From Clostridia bacterium (GTDB lineage Bacteria > Bacillota > Clostridia > Christensenellales > Aristaeellaceae): a stretch of DNA of 64,000 nucleotides. The stretch is taken from positions 153,812-217,811 of the forward strand of contig JAFUDS010000001.1 in NCBI GenBank assembly GCA_017464305.1, given 5' to 3'. The position numbers and the translations under genes were made by a program. The notes under the pieces were generated by a model. The model saw only the letters and a list, made by a program, of their open reading frames with translations. It had not been told where the DNA came from and did not search any database. Shown piece after piece: positions 17,942-26,040 of this stretch (the stretch's first letter is position 1; each line of letters opens with the position of its first letter).

Positions 17942-18925
17942 ATGGCAAGTGAACGCGGAAAGAGGAAGGATCGGCTTCTCTTTATTCTCCAGTATCTGAT
18001 CAATAATACGGATGATGAGCATCGGGTTTCTCAGCAGGAGCTGGCCGACCTGTGTGCCCAATCCGGTCACGGATGCGATCGGCATCTGATCAACAATGAC
18101 ATCAGCGTGCTCTGTTCCCATGGCTTCGATGTAATATCCAGCATGGAAGGCCGAAAGAAGTACTACAACTATGGCTGCCGGGCGTTTGACATTGCCGAGC
18201 TGCGGACACTGATCGATGCCGTGGAATCTTCCGTGTTTATCAGTCAGAAGAAAACAGAATGCCTGATCAAGAAGATTTCCGGTCTGTCCAGCTGTCATGA
18301 CGCGGAAAAGCTCCAGGCCTCCGTCTATACCGGCAAGCTGGCCAAAGCTGAGAACCATCAGATCTTTCTGATCATTGATGCGATCAACCAGGCAATCAAC
18401 ACGGGCAAAAAGATTACGTTCCAGCATTTCTGCTATGATGGCAACCGGCAGCGGGTCACGCGCAACCACGGCGAGGTCTATACCGTTTCGCCTTATCTGA
18501 CCATTTGGAAGGATGACCGTTACTATATGGTTGGATGGGCCGACAACCGATCCGCGGTTCGTTCTTTTCGGATAGACCGAATGGCAGTTCCGGTTGTGAC
18601 GGACAAGCCTGCCGTGCCCCGTCCCGATGGATTCGATCCTTATGTCTATTATTGCACCCAAACCAAGATGTACGGCGAAGGGCTGGAAATGGATATCACG
18701 CTATGCTGTGATGATACCCTTATGAACAACATGATTGACCGCTTCGGCGCTGATTTTACCTTCGAGCGTGCTGATGAATCCCATTTCCGCGCGACCGTGC
18801 ATGTCAATGCAAGTGATACCTTCTGGGGATGGGTGTTTGAGTATGTTGGCAGGATGAAAGTTGAAGCGCCGGAAGAAGCCAGGCAGATTTATCGCGAACG
18901 CTTATCCAGAGCGCTAGAAGATTGA
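17942..18925 (+). CDS. WYL-domain transcriptional regulator (wHTH-WYL-WCX)
   Basis: N-terminal HTH; VSPYLTIWKDDRYYMVG and FRIDRM WYL motifs. Confidence 0.9.
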   Translation: MASERGKRKDRLLFILQYLINNTDDEHRVSQQELADLCAQSGHGCDRHLINNDISVLCSHGFDVISSMEGRKKYYNYGCRAFDIAELRTLIDAVESSVFISQKKTECLIKKISGLSSCHDAEKLQASVYTGKLAKAENHQIFLIIDAINQAINTGKKITFQHFCYDGNRQRVTRNHGEVYTVSPYLTIWKDDRYYMVGWADNRSAVRSFRIDRMAVPVVTDKPAVPRPDGFDPYVYYCTQTKMYGEGLEMDITLCCDDTLMNNMIDRFGADFTFERADESHFRATVHVNASDTFWGWVFEYVGRMKVEAPEEARQIYRERLSRALED

Positions 18926-18931
18926 AAGCAG

Positions 18932-19171
18932 GTGAAGCTTATGATTGAAATGAGAGGCCGAACGTCCCTTGACCAGGAGAGGACGGAGAAGATTATCCAG
19001 GTTTTGAGCGAGGAAGACCGGTATTTCATGCATTGCCATCACCGTCCGCCCCGGGATAGAGAAACTGAGGATGTCGTAGACAATGCCTATTCACGGCTCA
19101 GCCGAATTCAGCCTTTGCCCTACACAGAAGTAGACAGGCTTTATCAGGAAATGAGGTGCCAGCATGCCTGA
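18932..19171 (+). CDS. Hypothetical protein
   Basis: Fills the gap between WYL and HD genes; overlaps the HD start. Confidence 0.6.
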   Translation: MKLMIEMRGRTSLDQERTEKIIQVLSEEDRYFMHCHHRPPRDRETEDVVDNAYSRLSRIQPLPYTEVDRLYQEMRCQHA

Positions 19172-19733
19172 TCTTGAAAAGCAGAAGCAGGAATTTCTCA
19201 CGTTATGCAGGGAGAACATCAAGCGCGATGGTCTCGAAGATCTGCTGAATTGGCTTCAGAAATCCGATTTTTTTACGGCTCCTGCCAGCACACGCTATCA
19301 TGGCGCATACGAAGGCGGACTGTGCGAACATTCCCTGGACGTGTATCATATGGCAAAGAAAGCGATTGCCGGCTACGAGCTTGACCTGGCAGAGGAAAGT
19401 ATTGTTGTGGCTACACTCTTCCATGATCTGTGCAAGGTGAACTTCTATAAGAAGGACGTACGAAACCAGAAAATCAACGGCACCTGGCAGGAAGTCCCAT
19501 GCTACACCATTGAGGAGAAGTACTGCTTTGGCGGGCACGGCTCCAAATCAGTTTATCTGGTGCAGCAGTTTATGAAGCTGAAGACCGATGAAGCAGCCGC
19601 TATTAACTGCCACGTGGGCGCGACCAGCGGCGGCGATGCCGTCCGCGACACAAGCAACGCTTATACCGCCTTCCCGCTTGCCTGGGTGACACATGTCGCA
19701 GATGAGGCTGCGACGTACCTTCTGAAGCGCTGA
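19164..19733 (+). CDS. HD-domain hydrolase
   Basis: FFTAPASTRYH...EHS, LFHDLCK, HVAD. Confidence 0.88.
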   Translation: MPDLEKQKQEFLTLCRENIKRDGLEDLLNWLQKSDFFTAPASTRYHGAYEGGLCEHSLDVYHMAKKAIAGYELDLAEESIVVATLFHDLCKVNFYKKDVRNQKINGTWQEVPCYTIEEKYCFGGHGSKSVYLVQQFMKLKTDEAAAINCHVGATSGGDAVRDTSNAYTAFPLAWVTHVADEAATYLLKR

Positions 19734-19747
19734 CAACCATATACCCT

Positions 19748-19780
19748 GACCTTCGGATCTGATCCGGAGGTTCTTTTTTT
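19748..19780 (+). terminator. Intrinsic terminator
   Basis: ACCTTCGGATC/GATCCGGAGGT stem followed by a T-tract. Confidence 0.7.
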
Positions 19781-19795
19781 GCGCATGCGAAATTT

Positions 19796-19833
19796 GTGTT
19801 TCCATTTTGCACCGATTTTTACATTGAAAGGTG
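19796..19833 (+). promoter_or_regulatory. 38-bp motif copy B, upstream of the xis-int operon
   Basis: GTGTTTCCATTTTGCACCGATTTTTACATTGAAAGGTG; 35/38 identical to copy A. Confidence 0.75.
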
Positions 19834-19873
19834 TGAGGTCTAAACCTCAACTAAAGAATCGAGGAGCAAAATC

Positions 19874-20083
19874 ATGCAGATTCAGCAGAACATGAACACC
19901 ACCCGGAGCGTTCCCCAGGAACGGCGCTGCTACACCGTTGAAGAGCTGATGGAGATTCTGGGCGTTGGCCGCAAGGCCGTTTACTCCCTCATTCACAGCA
20001 AGGTCTTCCCGGCCATCCGGATCAACAGCGTCGGCTACCGTATCCCGAAAGAAAGCTTCCATGCCTGGTTGTACCAGAAGTAA
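19874..20083 (+). CDS. Excisionase-like HTH protein
   Basis: YTVEELMEILGVGRKAVY...YRIPKESFHAWL. Confidence 0.85.
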   Translation: MQIQQNMNTTRSVPQERRCYTVEELMEILGVGRKAVYSLIHSKVFPAIRINSVGYRIPKESFHAWLYQK

Positions 20084-20174
20084 TTTCCTCCTGCTAACGC
20101 TGGCCGACGACAGACTAAAACTTTAGCGGACGTCGTGCTACGATCTTTGTTAGCAGATCGGAAGGGAGGGAGCT

Positions 20175-21035
20175 ATGGTGTCTACGGTCGAAACGACAAC
20201 CATGACAGTGCGTGCCATGGGAGAATTGCTGGGCCTGAAAAAGACGGACAGCTATTATCTCGTCAACAAGAATGTCTTCGATACGATTGTGATCGCCGGC
20301 AAGAAGCGCATAGTAAAGGCCAGCTTTGAAGAATGGTACGCCCGGCAGGACTGGTACAGAAAGGTGAACGGAGAACCACCCGGAGCCAAACTTCACAGCA
20401 ACATGTATTCAGTTGCTGACCTTCAGAAAATGCTGGAGCTATCCCAGGACAGCGTGCTGGAACTGATTCACAGAGAGAAGCTCCTGACGATGACGTTCGG
20501 AGGGAAATTCTGGGTCCCCAAAGTGATCTTTGAAGACTGGTATGCATCGCAAACCCGGTACAGAACCCTTCAGGATCGAGAGCGGGACCGGCCAGCAGAG
20601 GAAAGCTCCATGACCATCCCGGAGATGGGCCGTCTTCTTGGACTTGACCCCAAGCAAGCCTGGAAGCTCTATCATGACAACCGGAAGGTGCTTCAGATGA
20701 TCCGCATCGCCGACCGTCCGAGAATCACCAAGGCAAGCTTCCTGGAATGGCTCGGCGGGCAGGAAGAGTACAAAATCGACTCAGAACAAGAAGAGCTTCA
20801 GGCCGAATCAGAATCAGAAAAGCGCGAGATCGAATCGGAAGCAGCACCATCGCAAGATGACAGTGATCAGAAGCGCCTGACCGCTCAGGAAGCGGCTGAA
20901 ATGCTCGGCGTCAGTATACAATGGGTCTACCGCTCACTGAAGCGCAATAACACCATTGGAAAAAAGATTGGGCGAACCTGGTATTTCATACAGGTGGACA
21001 TTGACAGCCTGACCGAGCTATTAGAGGAGGAATAA
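20175..21035 (+). CDS. Multi-domain excisionase-type HTH protein (about 4 repeats)
   Basis: Repeated units ending FEEWY, FEDWY and FLEWL; LTAQEAAEMLGVS. Confidence 0.8.
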   Translation: MVSTVETTTMTVRAMGELLGLKKTDSYYLVNKNVFDTIVIAGKKRIVKASFEEWYARQDWYRKVNGEPPGAKLHSNMYSVADLQKMLELSQDSVLELIHREKLLTMTFGGKFWVPKVIFEDWYASQTRYRTLQDRERDRPAEESSMTIPEMGRLLGLDPKQAWKLYHDNRKVLQMIRIADRPRITKASFLEWLGGQEEYKIDSEQEELQAESESEKREIESEAAPSQDDSDQKRLTAQEAAEMLGVSIQWVYRSLKRNNTIGKKIGRTWYFIQVDIDSLTELLEEE

Positions 21036-21039
21036 TTAA

Positions 21040-22458
21040 ATGGCAACTGTGATTCCCCGCAGGGACAAGTTCTGTGTCGTCTATTCGTACCTTGACAAGG
21101 ATGGGAAGCGGCGTCAGAAATGGGAAACCTTCAGCACAATGAATGAAGCCAAAGCCCGGAAAACAGAGGTTGAGTATTCGCAGCAGCTTGGTCATTTCGT
21201 CATTCCGAACTGCTCAACGGTTTCTCAGCTGATGAAGGAATATGTATCTCTTTACGGAAAAACAAATTGGTCTCCGTCCGTATATACAAGCAATACCGGG
21301 CTGATCAACAACTACATCGAGCCGTATCTCGGGAAATTGAAGCTCTCGGAAGTTACCTCCCATACACTGGAACGGTATTATCAGAAACTCATGACCACGC
21401 AGGCGGTTCCTATGCTATGTACTAAGAAGTATTCCAATGAAACCCGTACCGTAACGGCGGCTACAGTCCGCAAAGTACATAATGTCCTTCGCAGCGCATT
21501 TACGCAGGCCATGAAATGGGATCTGATTGAAAAGAATCCCGCTGCATACGCCAATGTGCCGAAGCATGAGGCTGAGAAACGTGAAATCTGGGACGCACAA
21601 ACGCTCTTTAAGGCCATAGAGCTGTGCAAGGATCCTCGGTTGAAGCTTTGTCTTAATCTTGCCTTCTCCTGCACGCTCCGCATCGGTGAGCTGCTGGCCC
21701 TGACCTGGGACTGTGTAGACATATCCGATGAGAGCATTCAGGCCGGCAAGGCGTGCATCTCCATCACCAAGGAATTACAGCGTGTCAGCAAGAAGGCTAT
21801 AAAGGCGCTGGACTCCAAGGATATTATTACCGTCTTTCCGGATCAGGGTTCTCATAACAGCACATCACTTGTACTTAAGACACCCAAGACGCCCACGAGT
21901 ATCCGTAAGGTTTTCCTTCCGAAGACGGTGGCTGAGATGCTCATCGCCTGGAAAATGGAGCAAGACGCAACGATTGAAGCCATTGGTAGTGAATACGCCG
22001 ATTATAATCTGGTGATTGCAACGCCAATCGGACTGCCTTGCGAAGCTTCGCAGATCCGTAAGGCACTTAATAACCTGATTGAAGAAAACAACCTGCCTCC
22101 GGTTGTGTTCCATAGCCTGCGTCACTCCAGCATCACCTACAAGCTGAAGCTGAACCAGGGGGACATCAAGTCCGTACAGGGTGACTCCGGTCATGCACAG
22201 GCATCCATGGTCACAGATCAGTACTCCCACATTCTTGACGAGAACCGTCAGGAAAACGCGAAGCTGCTCGAAAAAACGTTCTATAACGGACACGGGGCAG
22301 AACCGGAAGCCGAAGTCAAGCGAAAGCAGGTAGAGGTAGTTGATCAAATGAACGCGATGGGCTTCGATCCGCTCCAGTTGGCAAAGGTACTCAGCAACCC
22401 GGACATGGTGAAAATGCTGCAGATGCTCGCCGGCAGCGGCGCGGCAACAGCAACATAA
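21040..22458 (+). CDS. Tyrosine integrase
   Basis: LRIGELLAL, HSLRH, SGH and DQY catalytic residues; N-terminal arm-binding/SAM-like region. Confidence 0.93.
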   Translation: MATVIPRRDKFCVVYSYLDKDGKRRQKWETFSTMNEAKARKTEVEYSQQLGHFVIPNCSTVSQLMKEYVSLYGKTNWSPSVYTSNTGLINNYIEPYLGKLKLSEVTSHTLERYYQKLMTTQAVPMLCTKKYSNETRTVTAATVRKVHNVLRSAFTQAMKWDLIEKNPAAYANVPKHEAEKREIWDAQTLFKAIELCKDPRLKLCLNLAFSCTLRIGELLALTWDCVDISDESIQAGKACISITKELQRVSKKAIKALDSKDIITVFPDQGSHNSTSLVLKTPKTPTSIRKVFLPKTVAEMLIAWKMEQDATIEAIGSEYADYNLVIATPIGLPCEASQIRKALNNLIEENNLPPVVFHSLRHSSITYKLKLNQGDIKSVQGDSGHAQASMVTDQYSHILDENRQENAKLLEKTFYNGHGAEPEAEVKRKQVEVVDQMNAMGFDPLQLAKVLSNPDMVKMLQMLAGSGAATAT

Positions 22459-22460
22459 GC

Positions 22461-22500
22461 AAAGAGCCTCCTGTGGCACAACAGCCATAGGAGGTCTTTT
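22461..22500. terminator. Terminator between convergent int and defence operon
   Basis: GCCTCCTGTGGC/GCCATAGGAGGT stem with a T-tract on + and a short A-tract on the other side. Confidence 0.7.
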
Positions 22501-22511
22501 CGCTTGATTCT

Positions 22512-22847
22512 TTAACCGAATGTGCATTTGTTTTCAGGGTTCTCAAGATATCTTATAACTTTCCCCATTTTTGACGCATAGTCAATTTCTGACTGAGTGC
22601 TATCACCAACGTAACCCCCTACATTGATGACAAAAATTTCATCAGCCATATCGATTTTCCGCTTGTGCATATCATCCAGCATTTCCTTGGTTCCTTCCGT
22701 CCAGACTTCATCGTCACCAGAATGCCCGAATAACCCAACACTAATGACAATGTTGCCCTCCAGCGTCAACCGTTTCTGCATTTCCATGAAGGCATCCTTA
22801 AATCGGGTACTGCCGCACAGGGTGATGACTTTATATTTGCCAACCAT
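22512..22847 (-). CDS. Small flavodoxin-like protein (nucleoside deoxyribosyltransferase/DUF4406-like)
   Basis: ITLCGS...KIDMADEIFVIN..GYVGDSTQSEIDYA pattern. Confidence 0.65.
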   Translation of the reverse strand: MVGKYKVITLCGSTRFKDAFMEMQKRLTLEGNIVISVGLFGHSGDDEVWTEGTKEMLDDMHKRKIDMADEIFVINVGGYVGDSTQSEIDYASKMGKVIRYLENPENKCTFG

Positions 22848-22950
22848 GCTGTCCACAATCCTTTCATGCTGCTTCATCAAAGAATCTGCTTACGACTGAA
22901 TCAAGTTGGGAACGTATGGAGCATAATTGCCACTTAATCAATGGTTCGTA

Positions 22951-25900
22951 TTACTCTTTCTTATGCGACCCAGAGCGTAGATAGCGTTGAGAAAGCAGTT
23001 TCTTTCTTGATTCTTTAGAATTAAAAAACTTAGTACTAAGCCTATCTATTTGATTGCTTTGAAACTCTGGTCTAAATGTTAAGGCATGCTTTACGATGTA
23101 AGTTATGGACACCGAAAGCGCATCTGTAGTACTTTTCTCAATGAGTTCCATTGCTTCGTCTGTAAAATCCGAGCCCTTTCCTGCCCTTTCAAGCATCATC
23201 AGGTGTTCCACCGAGTATGATGCTTTGCTCTTATAGTTGTACGAAGATAAGTATCTCAAACTATTATGCCTAACCGAATAGTATGCCGACATGTTATACA
23301 TATCCAATAGCATCGCTACTGAAGCTTGTTGCAAGGCCTTCAATATCACATCGCCAGACACTTTCATATTCTGTTGGTAATAATCCTGACCTTGTTGTTG
23401 AAAGTAGTCCACGATCTCAGTAATCATTGAATCAGTGATAGAAGCCCACTTTCCAAATATCCGATTCGGAAGTTTATAGATCAGATCAACAAGAACTTCC
23501 TTTTCAGATTTTTTCATATTGTGCTCGAAACCTGGTAAGCATTTTGAAATAACTATTAGCAATGAACATGCTCGAATAATCTGATTTGCCATTTCTTCAG
23601 CAGCTTCATCGCTATAGTCGTATATATTGGTTATCCTAAGTGATTCAACTTCTTTTCTTTCGGCTTGCAAAGCACGTTGCTGTTCTTTTTCCAAGTCGCC
23701 AGCATTTGGTGGAGATATTTGATCATATGAAATGGCTGACAGATATGCCGGAGCATTAGTTTTGTAGTCAAATTCTTCCCACTCGTTGGTGAGTTCAACA
23801 GCCATTTTCATGAAGGCATTAATTATTTGCGTATTATCGGTGATATATGATAAAAACAAGAGAATATCTGCATTGATACCAAAGCAGGCACACTTCAAGA
23901 CCTTAAACAAGTCGTCGGTGTTCCGTGTTGCGTTGTAAATGGAATTTATCTCTCTTGCAACAAAGTAAGCAAGATAGTTTCTGGTTGAAAATCTATACAC
24001 TATCTCAGCATTATCTTTTTCCTCTCGTAACATAATTCGTGATTTACATACAATTTCTATAAGATCCTTGGGCGATACATTAGCATCGTATTCATCATTG
24101 TATTGATTTATGATCCCAACAAGTTCGTCATGGGGAATAGGATATTTTTTGTTAAAGTGAATGTGATATGCGATCTTGCTCAAAACAACATACACTTTAT
24201 CCACCGAAATAGAACCTGTACAATTGGGACTAAGCGAGTTTGTTATATTCGCTTCAAATACTTTGCTAAATACACTACTATCGCTGCTTGATATTTCCCC
24301 AATGTTATTGTAGAAGTATTCAGCATAGTTAATGATAAAATCAGGTTCAAGGATGATTGATCGTCTCTTGCTTGCGAGCGACTCAGTCAGGACATTGGTG
24401 ATGTTTTCTACGGTGGTCATATCTGTTGACTTTAAGCTCACAACTTTTCTAATCAGCTCGACGCGTTTATCTTGATAGAATGGAAGAATACTATATCTGT
24501 GCATGGAATCTTCAACTTCCAGAATAGACTTAGCCCTATCTAACAGATTGAGTTCGAGATATTGCTTCGATGCAATAATAATGTACTCAAACCTATCAGC
24601 CATGTCACGAATAAATAGGTCAAAGCATTCTCTGGATATTTGATCTGCATCATCAACGAATACTATTTTCTTTTCTTTTGGAATCTGTAGGAATCTCTCA
24701 TAATCAGAAGAACTATTCCCATAAGTATCCTGAAAAGAATTATGGATCATCCTTTCTGTATTTGTACCGTGTATGTTATCAACGCCACAGAACACAGGAA
24801 AGAAGTTCTTATCTGATGCGAAATATGAGAATAGTGCTTTAAGTAATACGCTTTTCCCAGAATTGTATCCACCATATATGAGAATGCGTTTTCTTTGTAG
24901 TATTTCTTGTATGAATTCACTCTCAGCAGTAAATTCTCGCTGAACATCTCCTTCTCCATTTTGTTCTTGAATACGTGGGAAAACAAAGTATTCACGAAAG
25001 TCTTTAGCCAAATGGTCATGCTTAGCATCCCGGTAGAATTTCGTCTTGAATTCCTCAGATATTGCAATGCTTTGTTCAACAGATGGTTTTGAAACAAGCG
25101 AGAAAGGGTAATCACCTTTATGCTCATACTGGCCTTCATGTATATTCCATATATACTCATATTGAGTATATGAAAGATCAGAAGTATCAAGGATGCCAAC
25201 ATAGAAAGCGCTTTTCGTCCAATCTTCGTTGTTACATAGTTCGCCACCAGCTTGTATCAACGCATATGGCGCGTTCTCATGTGAAATCTTTTTCTGCTCT
25301 ATATAGTGCTCATGCCCGAAGAAAACAAGCGAGCTTTTGCCATAGATCGCATTTTCAAGTTGGTGCTTTATATCATCGCAAAACCATTCGGGAGCATGAT
25401 GCATTAGAGTTATGACAAAATCTGCCTGGGAAGGTGTTCTAAGTTTAGCAATAGAACCTGGCGATAGGTAATGCAGGCCTTTGTCTTCTTCAAGAGAAGA
25501 AAACAACGAACTGTTAATCATGTTGATTTCGATCTTGAATTCGGAAATATTAACAAGCTCGCGATGAAATTGCCGATCCCCGTTCCACATACATCTATTT
25601 CGAACGTTTGTGCTCTGAAAGAAGGAGTTCTGAATATCATATTGTGATTGCAAATGGTTTTCGTAAGCATTATTTTGTCTGATACTCTGCAATTTCGCTG
25701 ATGTCATACGATCTTCATCTGGATAATCAACATCATGGTTTCCAGGGACACAAAAAATGCCTACATATTCTTTATGCTTCATCTTCTTTTTGATAGTAGT
25801 GACGACATAGTTCAAGCAAGACCAGCCAGTTTGATATTCTGATTGCTTACCAGAATATGCGAGGTCACCTGTAAAAAGAAGGAGAATTCTATCCACAGGC

Positions 25901-26004
25901 CCTTTACTAGCAACAGCATCAGCAATCTTATTCAGTTGGAATTGATTGTAGCCATTCTGGTTCTTAATATGCATATCGCTCAAATGCAAGAACATTACCT
26001 TCAT
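22951..26004 (-). CDS. Calcineurin-like metallophosphoesterase + P-loop NTPase (STAND-like) fusion; putative defence protein
   Basis: HLSDMH, TGD, PGNHD, HH, GHEH; GGYNSGKS and VFVDD; visibly AT-rich. Confidence 0.8.
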   Translation of the reverse strand: MKVMFLHLSDMHIKNQNGYNQFQLNKIADAVASKGPVDRILLLFTGDLAYSGKQSEYQTGWSCLNYVVTTIKKKMKHKEYVGIFCVPGNHDVDYPDEDRMTSAKLQSIRQNNAYENHLQSQYDIQNSFFQSTNVRNRCMWNGDRQFHRELVNISEFKIEINMINSSLFSSLEEDKGLHYLSPGSIAKLRTPSQADFVITLMHHAPEWFCDDIKHQLENAIYGKSSLVFFGHEHYIEQKKISHENAPYALIQAGGELCNNEDWTKSAFYVGILDTSDLSYTQYEYIWNIHEGQYEHKGDYPFSLVSKPSVEQSIAISEEFKTKFYRDAKHDHLAKDFREYFVFPRIQEQNGEGDVQREFTAESEFIQEILQRKRILIYGGYNSGKSVLLKALFSYFASDKNFFPVFCGVDNIHGTNTERMIHNSFQDTYGNSSSDYERFLQIPKEKKIVFVDDADQISRECFDLFIRDMADRFEYIIIASKQYLELNLLDRAKSILEVEDSMHRYSILPFYQDKRVELIRKVVSLKSTDMTTVENITNVLTESLASKRRSIILEPDFIINYAEYFYNNIGEISSSDSSVFSKVFEANITNSLSPNCTGSISVDKVYVVLSKIAYHIHFNKKYPIPHDELVGIINQYNDEYDANVSPKDLIEIVCKSRIMLREEKDNAEIVYRFSTRNYLAYFVAREINSIYNATRNTDDLFKVLKCACFGINADILLFLSYITDNTQIINAFMKMAVELTNEWEEFDYKTNAPAYLSAISYDQISPPNAGDLEKEQQRALQAERKEVESLRITNIYDYSDEAAEEMANQIIRACSLLIVISKCLPGFEHNMKKSEKEVLVDLIYKLPNRIFGKWASITDSMITEIVDYFQQQGQDYYQQNMKVSGDVILKALQQASVAMLLDMYNMSAYYSVRHNSLRYLSSYNYKSKASYSVEHLMMLERAGKGSDFTDEAMELIEKSTTDALSVSITYIVKHALTFRPEFQSNQIDRLSTKFFNSKESRKKLLSQRYLRSGSHKKE

Positions 26005-26040
26005 GCAACCACCTCGATGCGCTCATAATATGTGTGTAAG

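Noticed and set aside
7344-22458. Intact prophage
   Set aside because: No terminase, portal, capsid, tail or lysis genes in the window; the operon continues into parAB, sortase and pilins
22480-22495. TAGGAGG after int as a second att core
   Set aside because: Part of the terminator stem; match too short and no tRNA remnant
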